A DNA stretch of 64,000 nt from assembly GCA_050633305.1 (NCBI GenBank), contig JBOEGF010000022.1, positions 128,001 to 192,000 on the forward strand, in the 5' to 3' direction. The stretch comes from Nannocystales bacterium. Its GTDB lineage: Bacteria; Myxococcota_A; Polyangia; Nannocystales; Nannocystaceae. A program made the translations under genes and the position numbers. Below are positions 12,539 through 21,410 of this stretch, piece by piece (position 1 is the first letter of the stretch; each line of letters starts with the position of its first letter). The notes beneath the pieces are model-generated. The model made no database searches and was not told the origin of the DNA. It saw only the letters and a list, made by a program, of their open reading frames with translations.

Positions 12539-14224
12539 ATGATCCAGCGAAAAACACAATCTTCTTTGTCCGGGGTGGGCACTCTTCTTTCCGCGTCCCT
12601 TCTTACAGCCGCGATCGGGCTGGGGGGCTGCACGCAGGAACCGGGGGAGGTCGTCTATCGTTCCTCGACGCCGGCTCCGGTGGACGACAACAACGAGCTC
12701 GGCCTGTATGTGGCGCAATGCGAGGCAGTCCTGGGCCCGATCCCCGAGATTAGCTGTGACCCCGAGAACCCGGCTCCAGGGACGCACGTGTCCCGTATTC
12801 CGGTGTTCTCTGACGGTATGCTGCTGGGGTTTGGCGGGGACTGGGACGGGGCCGAGTTTGAACGGCGCGCCGAAGAGGAGGACTACTCGTGCGACTTCCC
12901 CAGCCTCGGTGGAGACTTCGCGTGTTCGGTCGGCTCCACGCTCGTCCAGTACAGCAATGACGACAACCCGAACGTGCAGTGGGTCGGCTTGTGCCGGGGC
13001 GTGGGGGAAGACACCCCTGACTATGACCGTTTCATCGGAAACGGCTTGATCGGCGCCAACACGGTCACCGGTGAGATGTGCTTCTTCTTCGGAGCCAACG
13101 AGGACACCGACGAGGACTACGTGCTGCCGAAGCTGACCTCCGATGTGGATTCGAACGAGGACCTGAAACCATGGCTTCCGCCCGCGGAAATGCCGGGTTC
13201 CTGTCTCTCGTGCCACCCCAACAACGACCCATGGGTGATGACGCCGTGGCTTCAGCCCAGCTACATGGCGCAGCTGCTCACCAGCGATGATTACCCTCTG
13301 ACGCTTCCTGAGGGGGTCGAACTGACCGACGTAATGGCGGCGCAGCACATCCGCCAGACCCCGTACAAGACGATGCTTCCCGAGGCGCTGCCCAGCGGGC
13401 GGACGGCCTGGACCGAAGAGGAGATCTTCGGCGAAGACGGTGTGCTCCTGAAGCGTCAGTACCGTGCTGTCGGGTCCAGCTACGTCGCTGCGGAAGCCGC
13501 GGGCACCGTCGCACCCCGCAAAGGGGCTGCAGACCCTCGGTGGAGCATCAACTTCCGCGAGCGTCTTCAGCTGCAGCCCGCCGAAAGCAGCTGCGCGAGT
13601 GGTTGCCACGCCACGGCAAACTCGTACTTCGAAACCCTCGCGTACGACTCGCTGGGCGACAAATACGCCACCAAATACCTCTCGGACGGCATGTCTGATC
13701 GCGCGCTCCAAGACACTTGGATGCCGCTGGGCGGTGGTCCCGTCGAGCATTGGGAAGAGATGTTCGAGTCGGCCGAGGCGACGATTCCCGCGATTACCGA
13801 GTGCCCGATTCCCAAGCAGCTCGATACGCCCGTCGCCATCTCGGTGACCTGCGGAGACGGTGCTCCCGAGGCTGAGCTTCGCTGGACCTACGTCAACGAC
13901 TACGGCGGTGTGCCCGGCCGGGACGATGTCCGCTTCGACGTCGCGCTCTCGTTCGGCACCGGAAGTGGGAAACTGGGAATTGCCGGCAGTGGCAGTCCCG
14001 AAGGTGTCCGGATGGACGCACCCTCGGAGAACGTGATGATCCTGCGTGATGTCGCGCCGGAACCGGGGACCGACGAATACCGGGTCGTGGTCCCGTTCTC
14101 CGAAGATGCACCACTGCTCCACGTCGACGTCCAGCCCAAGCGGTTCTGCTTCGAGGAGCCGGACCGGCGTCCGTTCGCGTACGCGCGGCCCGAAGCTGTG
14201 CGGGTCGAATCCTCGTGTGAGTGA
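12539..14224 (+). CDS. Cys-rich lipoprotein, putative c-type cytochrome
   Basis: GGAG RBS before ATG 12539; lipobox LGGC; CLSCH heme motif and a second CASGCH (CxxxCH) motif. Confidence 0.78.
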   Translation: MIQRKTQSSLSGVGTLLSASLLTAAIGLGGCTQEPGEVVYRSSTPAPVDDNNELGLYVAQCEAVLGPIPEISCDPENPAPGTHVSRIPVFSDGMLLGFGGDWDGAEFERRAEEEDYSCDFPSLGGDFACSVGSTLVQYSNDDNPNVQWVGLCRGVGEDTPDYDRFIGNGLIGANTVTGEMCFFFGANEDTDEDYVLPKLTSDVDSNEDLKPWLPPAEMPGSCLSCHPNNDPWVMTPWLQPSYMAQLLTSDDYPLTLPEGVELTDVMAAQHIRQTPYKTMLPEALPSGRTAWTEEEIFGEDGVLLKRQYRAVGSSYVAAEAAGTVAPRKGAADPRWSINFRERLQLQPAESSCASGCHATANSYFETLAYDSLGDKYATKYLSDGMSDRALQDTWMPLGGGPVEHWEEMFESAEATIPAITECPIPKQLDTPVAISVTCGDGAPEAELRWTYVNDYGGVPGRDDVRFDVALSFGTGSGKLGIAGSGSPEGVRMDAPSENVMILRDVAPEPGTDEYRVVVPFSEDAPLLHVDVQPKRFCFEEPDRRPFAYARPEAVRVESSCE

Positions 14225-14250
14225 ACCGCGGACCGCTGAAACCGTCGATA

Positions 14251-14285
14251 GGCGAGGGTGGAGGCCGATGGTGCCCACCCTCGCC
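14251..14285 (+). terminator. GC-rich stem-loop downstream of the cytochrome-like gene
   Basis: GGCGAGGGTGG...CCACCCTCGCC perfect 11-bp inverted repeat 27 nt after the stop; no U-tract. Confidence 0.45.
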
Positions 14286-15719
14286 CTCGCGTTTGGACCG
14301 GCCGAGAGCGCTGCGACAGCTCTCGTTTCACCGAGCTCGGTTGGATCGAGCCGCCGGCGGTGGACTTCGGTGGAGTGGAATGCGTAATGCTACGCACCAT
14401 TCGGCGTCCGACCGGGGCTGCGTTCCAGGGGCGCCAGCGCGAGCCCCTGTGAGACCTCAATGCCAGCAGCCGCCGGCTCGCTGGCGCCGTCGTTTGAGGG
14501 GAACCGTCCCCTTTTCAGTCTTGCCCGCAGGGAACTCCGTGACCGATGCTGCTGTCTTTCAGCGCATCGTTTTCTCGCTGCAGCGTCGAATCGGGCCGCC
14601 TCGAGCCTGCCGGAATCGACTGAGCGAATGGAGTGCCACGCGGCAGGCCTTGTCGCACGGCTCGGCAGGCGCGCTCTGTCGAGGCAGCACCTGGGGTGTG
14701 CAGCGCCGCCTCGAGCCGCTGACGCGCTGATCCCAGGCGACCCTGGTCGACCGTTCTATGATGATTCCCCTCGGCGAGGTGGATGGATAGGGGTCCCCGC
14801 TGGCGTGTCGGCTCAATCGGCAGGTGATTGAATCGACGCCCGCCCGTGGGCTTTGGATGTGAAGACCGTCGGGCATCAAGCCTGGTCTCCTGTTCGGTGT
14901 ACTCCTCGGCCGGGCCAAGAAAACAGCCAGCTGGCCGCCCCGGGGAGTGCGCATTGGGGACGACGGCCAGAAAGCCCTGAGGCCGAAAGCCCGCTGGTGT
15001 CGACAATCCGGCCTGCCGGAATAACCTCAGGCTCGTAGGAATCGATCCCGCGGAGTCAAGAACGGGTGAATCTTTTCGACCGGCCGACCGCAAGAAGCGA
15101 GATCTCCCAAAGAATCTCGATGGTGGAATTACGAGATGGGAAACCGAGACCAAGGACCGGAGCCGGACCGGGCACGGTGGGCCGTGGCGATCTCGAAGTC
15201 GAGGTGAAGGACGACCCCGGCAAATGCTCGTTGTGTTTGGAGGTCCTGGCCCGGTGCGCGGCTTGATCTTGACAAAGGACTGCAGAACGTCGTTCTGCCT
15301 GATTCGCAATAGTGGATCGAGCGAGTTCGACGCACGGACTCTGCGGATCCGGGCTGGGGGCGCGAGCCCACCGAGGCCCAACGGCGAAGCCGGTAGGGGT
15401 GCCGTCGCTCGTGAGCAGTTGCGTGGTCTGGGGTCGCGATCGGGAGCGGCTCGGGACACGCCGGGGAGCGTCGCGCGCCTGCAATCAACACCGACGAGAG
15501 GCCGCAGTGCTCGTGCCGAGAGCACTGATAATCCGGACACAGGCGCGACCGGCTACCACCACGCCGGAATGCCGTCACCAGACTGGTTGACCGCATTCGG
15601 GGTTCCCACTATAGCTATTCGGGCCCTGACTGCCCCTCTCCGCGCGAGAACGAGCGCGGCTTCTGACAGCGCCCGCCCGTGCACGTGCGGGGCTGACGCA
15701 GACAGGGCTGCACTGAACG

Positions 15720-17108
15720 ATGGAACCTGTACTGTCCCCGCCGACAACTTTTGCCTTCCTCCGCACCGCGCGTTTGATGCTCTCTGGGACATTGGTCGCA
15801 GCAGCTCTCGGCGGGTGTTCGTCCGAGTCTCCGCCGCCTGCTACCGAGGTCGCTGATACCGATGCCGTCGAGGAAGAGACTGACACCGAAGCCGAGCTCG
15901 ACCCCAGTATCTTCTCCGACAAGGAGATCGAGATCATTCTGGCGTGGCTCGGGCCGCTTCCCGATGCGCCGCCGCCGGACCTGAGCAACGCGTACGCGGA
16001 TGACCCCGCCGCTGCGGCTTTGGGCCTGAAGCTGTTCTTCGACAGCCGATACTCGGGCAACGGAGAGGTTTCATGCGCGACGTGCCACGAACCCGCTGAC
16101 GCGTTTGGTGACTCGCGGTCCAACACCTCATTGGGCATTTCGGTGACGGGGCGAGCGTCCATTGCGTTGTTCAACGGAGCCTATGGTGCTGCGGCGGAGA
16201 ACGAGACGAACTGGCAGTTGTGGGACGGTCGCGCGGATAGCCAATGGGGGCAGGCGCTTGGTCCACCGGAGAGCGGGGTGGTCATGGGCGGCACACGCTC
16301 GGGCATCGCGCTGCTGATCTTCGACGAGTACGCGGAGGAGTACGAAGCCATCTTCGGGCCGCTTCCCGAGTTGCGGGATGAGGCGGGGGACCCGGTCGTG
16401 GACCCGACGCTCAAACCGGGGGAAGAGGGATGGGATGCGCTCCCGCAGGACATGCGTGACTCGATCACGGAGGTGTACGTCAACTTCGGAAAGAGTCTCG
16501 CGGCCTACGAGAGACTTCTCGTGAGTCGCGATTCACGGTTTGACGAGTTTTGGACCGCCCTGTCTCAGGGGGACACTGAGAGCGACGCGCTTACGGAGCA
16601 AGAGCGGCACGGCTTGCGGGTGTTTATCGGGAAGGGGCGCTGTCTCGGATGTCACAGTGGTCCGAACTTTACGGACAATCAGTTTCATAATATTGGCATC
16701 GCGCAAAGCGGTGAGAATATTCCCGAGAATGACGAGGGGCGTATTGCTGGTGTTGGGAAACTTCTCGGCAATAGCTTCAACTGTGCCAGCGAATGGAGTG
16801 ATCACCCGGATCCGACTCAGTGCGCAGTGGAGACCCTGCAGGGCGGGGAGCTGGGCGCGTTCAGAACGCCAACGTTGCGCAGTGTGAGCCTGAGCCCGCC
16901 GTACATGCACACCGGAAACTTCGCCAGCTTGGAGGCGGTCATTCAGCACTACGACCTCGGGGGAGCCGCCAACGGCAGTTTCGATGGGGTTCGAGACGAG
17001 CTGATGCGGCCGCTATCTCTCGACGCACACGAACGGCAGGCGCTGGTCGCTTTCCTGCGCGCGCTCGAGGGCGCACCGCTGGACGAAGCCTTGATGGGGC
17101 CGCAATGA
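15720..17108 (+). CDS. Di-heme cytochrome c peroxidase family lipoprotein (bCcP/MauG/MbnH superfamily)
   Basis: LGLKLFFD, CATCH, WDGRAD, CLGCH, FRTPTLR and PYMH motifs; lipobox LGGC; true start may be 15777. Confidence 0.92.
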   Translation: MEPVLSPPTTFAFLRTARLMLSGTLVAAALGGCSSESPPPATEVADTDAVEEETDTEAELDPSIFSDKEIEIILAWLGPLPDAPPPDLSNAYADDPAAAALGLKLFFDSRYSGNGEVSCATCHEPADAFGDSRSNTSLGISVTGRASIALFNGAYGAAAENETNWQLWDGRADSQWGQALGPPESGVVMGGTRSGIALLIFDEYAEEYEAIFGPLPELRDEAGDPVVDPTLKPGEEGWDALPQDMRDSITEVYVNFGKSLAAYERLLVSRDSRFDEFWTALSQGDTESDALTEQERHGLRVFIGKGRCLGCHSGPNFTDNQFHNIGIAQSGENIPENDEGRIAGVGKLLGNSFNCASEWSDHPDPTQCAVETLQGGELGAFRTPTLRSVSLSPPYMHTGNFASLEAVIQHYDLGGAANGSFDGVRDELMRPLSLDAHERQALVAFLRALEGAPLDEALMGPQ

Positions 17109-18064
17109 CGATCGAACCACACAAGAATCCGGAGCTACGGGCGCTGGGCCTGCGTGCCTTGACCACGGCGGGGACCGTCGCGTTCTACGTCGCCTCGTGC
17201 CTGAGTCCGAACGCCGTCCTCGCGGCGCCAGCTGCCGAGGGAGAGGGCGAGTCGCCCGGTGCTGCCCGGGACGAGCAGCCCGTCGGAGGGGTGGATACAC
17301 CGGACAGCGAGGTGAGCGATTCGGGTAGAGCCCAGGCTCTCCGACGTGTCGCCGAAGATCGATTCTTCGAAGAAGACTACGAGGGCGCACTGGAGGCGTT
17401 CTCCGAGGCGATGGAACTCTCACCGCACTCGACGGACCTGTTCAACATGGGCAGGATTCACGAAGAGATGGGGGACCTGCCCGAGGCGTTGCAGCGCTAC
17501 GAGCAGTTCGTGTCTCAACCGAGGATCCCGCTGGAGGAGCGAGCGGCTGCTGCCGACCGCATCGAAGTCCTTCGCAAGCTGGTCAAGGACGAAGAGCCGG
17601 CCTCGACCGCGGATTCTGGCGATGCCGCGGCGGCCGCTCGTGCGGATGAACTGGCGGACCGGGCATACCGAGACGAGCGACGGGCGCAGACCCGGCTTCT
17701 CTCCGCTGGAGCTGCCGTCGCCGCACTGGGCGCGGCGGTCGGAGTCGGTGGGGGCGTGGGCTTCGGCATCGTCGCCCGTCGGAACAGCGACAAGATTGAC
17801 GACCTGTCTGCGGGCCAGAACCCCGGCCGTCTGACTCTCCGAGAAGCCGAGGACCTCGAAGCCCGAGGCCGTGACTTCGAGACGATGCAGATCGCAGCCA
17901 TGGCGACCGGTGGTGCGATGCTGACCGCAGGCGTGGTGATGATCATCGTCGCGCAAGAGCGTCGTAGCAAGGCCGATCGCGCTCGCGGGCGCACCAGCCG
18001 GCGCTCCATTTCCCCTGTCCTCTCATCCCGGACCGTTGGCGTCCGGGCTCGCTGGAGCTTCTGA
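17105..18064 (+). CDS. Tetratricopeptide-repeat protein with C-terminal hydrophobic segments (myxobacterial type)
   Basis: FFEEDYEGALEAFSEAM...LFNMGRIHEEMG...ALQRYEQF TPR; ATGA overlap with the upstream stop. Confidence 0.8.
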   Translation: MTIEPHKNPELRALGLRALTTAGTVAFYVASCLSPNAVLAAPAAEGEGESPGAARDEQPVGGVDTPDSEVSDSGRAQALRRVAEDRFFEEDYEGALEAFSEAMELSPHSTDLFNMGRIHEEMGDLPEALQRYEQFVSQPRIPLEERAAAADRIEVLRKLVKDEEPASTADSGDAAAAARADELADRAYRDERRAQTRLLSAGAAVAALGAAVGVGGGVGFGIVARRNSDKIDDLSAGQNPGRLTLREAEDLEARGRDFETMQIAAMATGGAMLTAGVVMIIVAQERRSKADRARGRTSRRSISPVLSSRTVGVRARWSF

Positions 18065-18987
18065 TGGATTTGAGACTTCATGTCATCACCTTCGCAGTCG
18101 GCCTTCTCGGCGGTTGCTTTTCAGCCGACCTGGATACCGACGTCTCTTCAGTCTTTGTATGCGAGGAGGATGTGGAATGCCCTGTTGGCCTCGCGTGCTC
18201 CGATGGTCTGTGTCGGTCATCGGAGGATCTGATGGGCCCGAGTATCGAAATCCTCGGACCTCCCATGCTGGAGATCTTCGATGAGGGGACGACCACCGTT
18301 CCTCTTACGGTTCGAGGGAGCAATCTGGAACTCACATCAACGGAGACCGATTCTGCGAACGCGGGCTTTATCGAAGTCTATGTCGACGGAACACTCGTCG
18401 ACGCGATCACAGATGGCGTCCTGGAGAACGGCATCGAGATCCCGCGCATGGCCATCCCTGATGCCCCTGGGCTGCACCACATTGTGTTGTCGGCGCGGCG
18501 CCTCTCTGGTGACCGCTTTGACTCCGCAGAATCCGAGACGCACGTTGCGTTCTGGGTCGACGATGGTGAGGAGCACGTCGGGATCCTATCGCCGGCCCCC
18601 GCATCCCGAATCGAGCTTGGCGAACAAGAGATGGAGATCGAGATCGCCGCGTTGAACTTCACGTTCGTCAATCCCGGCTTCATGGACCCCTCGGCGGGCG
18701 CAGGGGATCATGAAGGCTATGTGCACCTCTTCGTTGACTCGGATGTGCCCGGATGTCTGCCGGAATGCAATTTCGACTACCAGACGTCGATCATTCCGCA
18801 GGGGCTCGCTCGTGTTAACCGGCTCACCGCGGACCAGGGGCTGATCCTGCCAGAAGGCGTGGGCACGATTCGGCTTCAGATCGTCGCGCAGACGACGGCC
18901 AACCTTCCCTACTACCAGGTCGAGGACCCCATCAACTTGGTCTACGACGAAGTCCCCGTGCAGTCGGTGCTGGGAGGTGGAGAATGA
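18064..18987 (+). CDS. Hypothetical lipoprotein with His-containing Ig-like domains
   Basis: Lipobox LGGC; CEEDVECPVGLACSDGLC Cys module; GLHHIVL and HEGYVHLFVD motifs; TGATG overlap. Confidence 0.75.
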   Translation: MDLRLHVITFAVGLLGGCFSADLDTDVSSVFVCEEDVECPVGLACSDGLCRSSEDLMGPSIEILGPPMLEIFDEGTTTVPLTVRGSNLELTSTETDSANAGFIEVYVDGTLVDAITDGVLENGIEIPRMAIPDAPGLHHIVLSARRLSGDRFDSAESETHVAFWVDDGEEHVGILSPAPASRIELGEQEMEIEIAALNFTFVNPGFMDPSAGAGDHEGYVHLFVDSDVPGCLPECNFDYQTSIIPQGLARVNRLTADQGLILPEGVGTIRLQIVAQTTANLPYYQVEDPINLVYDEVPVQSVLGGGE

Positions 18988-19553
18988 TGGGGCAGGGCGG
19001 TTGTCGCTCGCGCTGGTGCGCACCGTTGTTGACATCGTTCCTGCTGCTGGGTTGCTCCGAGCCGGAGCGAGCCACGCGGGCCGATGGCGGGGATGGGCAG
19101 GACTCCGATGATGAGACTGACGATATCGATGTCGAGGTCGATGAGGCGGAGGTTACGGACGAATTGATGGCGTATCGCAGCAATCTGGTTGCGTACTCCG
19201 GGGAGCCCGAGCACGCTGAAACCCATGCCGATGCGGCGAGCGTGGCGATCTGGGGAACGGCGGAGGTCGAGGACCTGTTTCACTCCATTGATGCAATGGA
19301 TCCGAGTCAGTCGGTCACGTTCTCTCCTGGAACCACATTCGTCAAAGAACACTTTGACGAAGAAGGAGAGCTGTTCGGCGTGAACATCATGTTCAAGGGA
19401 CCCGAGGGGTATGACCCTGAATTCGGGGACTGGGTGTGGCTGCGGGTGCGCGGGGATGAAGCCTCCCACTTCGGTCGGGTCGAGTTCTGTCAGGACTGCC
19501 ACGCCGCCGCCGTGAACAGTGACTTCGTCGTCGGATTCGGGAAGAGCGAGTAG
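18984..19553 (+). CDS. Cytochrome P460-family lipoprotein
   Basis: GTTFVKE, MFKGPEGYDPEFGDWVW and C-terminal CQDCH motifs; lipobox LLGC. Confidence 0.85.
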   Translation: MMGQGGCRSRWCAPLLTSFLLLGCSEPERATRADGGDGQDSDDETDDIDVEVDEAEVTDELMAYRSNLVAYSGEPEHAETHADAASVAIWGTAEVEDLFHSIDAMDPSQSVTFSPGTTFVKEHFDEEGELFGVNIMFKGPEGYDPEFGDWVWLRVRGDEASHFGRVEFCQDCHAAAVNSDFVVGFGKSE

Positions 19554-19557
19554 TCGG

Positions 19558-21192
19558 ATGAGTAAGCACGCAAGTCAGCCCGCAGCCCCCATTCCCCTGC
19601 ACCCCGAGGTCGTGGCGGGCGCTCCGCGAAACGGCGAGGTCATCGCGGGGCGGTATACGGTGCAACGCCTGCTCGGGCGGGGCGGCATGGGCGACGTGTA
19701 CCTTGCCTCGACCGACGACGACCGGCCCGATGTCGCACTCAAGATGCTCTCGGACCGTCTACTCGACCAGCCAGACGCCGTCGCGCGCTTCGAGCGAGAA
19801 GCGACGCGCCTGCGCTCGGTCGAGCACCCCAACGTTGTCATCTTGCACGACAGTGGCGTTGATCGCGGACGACCCTTTCTTGTGATGGAGTACATCGACG
19901 GCGAGCCGCTGAGCGAGTTCTTGGAGCGCCGTGGCGCGTTGACCCTTCGTGAGTTCGTGCCGATTGCTGCGCAGATCCTCAAGGGCATGGGGCACGCGCA
20001 TCTACGAGAGATGATGATTCGAGACGTCAAGCCGTCGAACATCATGTTGTGTACTCGGAAAGGGCGGGCCAATTTCGTCAAGCTGCTGGACTTCGGCCTG
20101 GCCAAATTCACCAGCAAAGAGCCCCTCCTCACCGAAGGCCACGTCCTGGGGACGGCGGGCTACTTGGCACCAGAGGCGATACGGGGCGAGGAACTCGACT
20201 TGCGTGTCGACGTGTACGCCATCGGAGTCGTCTTCTACCAGATGCTCAGCGGCAAGGTGCCGTTCGAGGATTGCGAGAGCGCCACGCTCTTGTACAAGAC
20301 GCTGGATGAAGTGCCGCCACCGCTGGAAGATGTCGTCCCAGAAGGTCATGACATTCCGGAGGCCCTGTTCGCGTTGGTCTCTGACTGCCTCGAGAGGGAC
20401 CGTGAACGCCGCCCCAGCGATGCGAACATCATCGTGGAGCGCTTGATCGATGCTGTCCCTGCGTCGCTGTTTCGGTTGCCGACGACAGAACAGTCTCCGC
20501 GGTCTCCGGGGTATGGCAACAGCGGCTTGATGGAGCTGGTTCGCGTCAATCCCAGCGCTCGGTTCCCGGCCCAGCCTGCTCAACCTGCTGTGGACGAGGA
20601 GGTCGCCGAGCCGACTCCACAGGAGCCGCGGGCGACCCGGTGGTTGGCGGTCATTGGCGTTGCGGTGCTTGCCTCGTTGGCGACTGCGTATTCGGTCGTC
20701 TCCGTGATGAGCGATTCAGACGTGGAAAACGGAGCTGGGGTCGCGCCGGCCTCGGTGCTCCCGCTTTCGGGCTCGGGCGAGCCGACACCGAACGTCCGCG
20801 AGGCCCCGCCACTCGAGCAACAGGCCCCTCGAGGTCCCGCTCCGGTGCCTGCGGAGGTCGTTGCGGATGCCGACCCCAGCGGCGTGGCGGAGCCGGCGAA
20901 GAATGATGGCGCCACCGCCGTGCAACCCAGGGAGAAAACAAGGAGGGGGAGGCGACGCCGCCGACCCGCGCCTGCAGCTGCAGCTGCAGTCGAACCAACC
21001 CCCTCCAGCCCCGCCGCGGTGGCGTCTGCAACAGGGCCCGCGGAAGGGACTTCACCCAAGCCACGCGCTGCCCGGGTTGGTGCAGAAGCCCCCAAGGCTC
21101 CGTCCAGAGACAAGAAGCGCGACTCCGTATTCTTGTCGGCGGACCGCGACGAGAGTCGGACGACGAGGTCGGCGCTGTTGCCCGCGCGCTAG
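19558..21192 (+). CDS. Membrane Ser/Thr protein kinase
   Basis: GRGGMG, VALK, IRDVKPSN, DFG and APE motifs; TM segment and Pro/Ala-rich tail. Confidence 0.92.
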   Translation: MSKHASQPAAPIPLHPEVVAGAPRNGEVIAGRYTVQRLLGRGGMGDVYLASTDDDRPDVALKMLSDRLLDQPDAVARFEREATRLRSVEHPNVVILHDSGVDRGRPFLVMEYIDGEPLSEFLERRGALTLREFVPIAAQILKGMGHAHLREMMIRDVKPSNIMLCTRKGRANFVKLLDFGLAKFTSKEPLLTEGHVLGTAGYLAPEAIRGEELDLRVDVYAIGVVFYQMLSGKVPFEDCESATLLYKTLDEVPPPLEDVVPEGHDIPEALFALVSDCLERDRERRPSDANIIVERLIDAVPASLFRLPTTEQSPRSPGYGNSGLMELVRVNPSARFPAQPAQPAVDEEVAEPTPQEPRATRWLAVIGVAVLASLATAYSVVSVMSDSDVENGAGVAPASVLPLSGSGEPTPNVREAPPLEQQAPRGPAPVPAEVVADADPSGVAEPAKNDGATAVQPREKTRRGRRRRRPAPAAAAAVEPTPSSPAAVASATGPAEGTSPKPRAARVGAEAPKAPSRDKKRDSVFLSADRDESRTTRSALLPAR

Positions 21193-21410
21193 CTTGGGGC
21201 CGCCCCCGAGGGGGCGTGGAACCCGGCCGTTGCTAGTGACGACGCCAGCCCTACGGTGGCGTCGTTCCTCGTCGAGCGGCGCAAGCAGTCGGTGAGGAGC
21301 TGCTGCATGGGCGCTGGGCACCCCGGTGGGTCCGTCGAGTTGGGGACGGCCCCGAGGCAGCGGAGTCTCCGCGGCGGTCCTGCCGATTTGCCGATTGCCC
21401 TGCGCTCACG

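Noticed and set aside
20012..20040. Kinase catalytic loop IRD instead of HRD as a pseudokinase sign
   Set aside because: The catalytic Asp, Lys and Asn, the VALK lysine and DFG are all present, so activity is probably retained.
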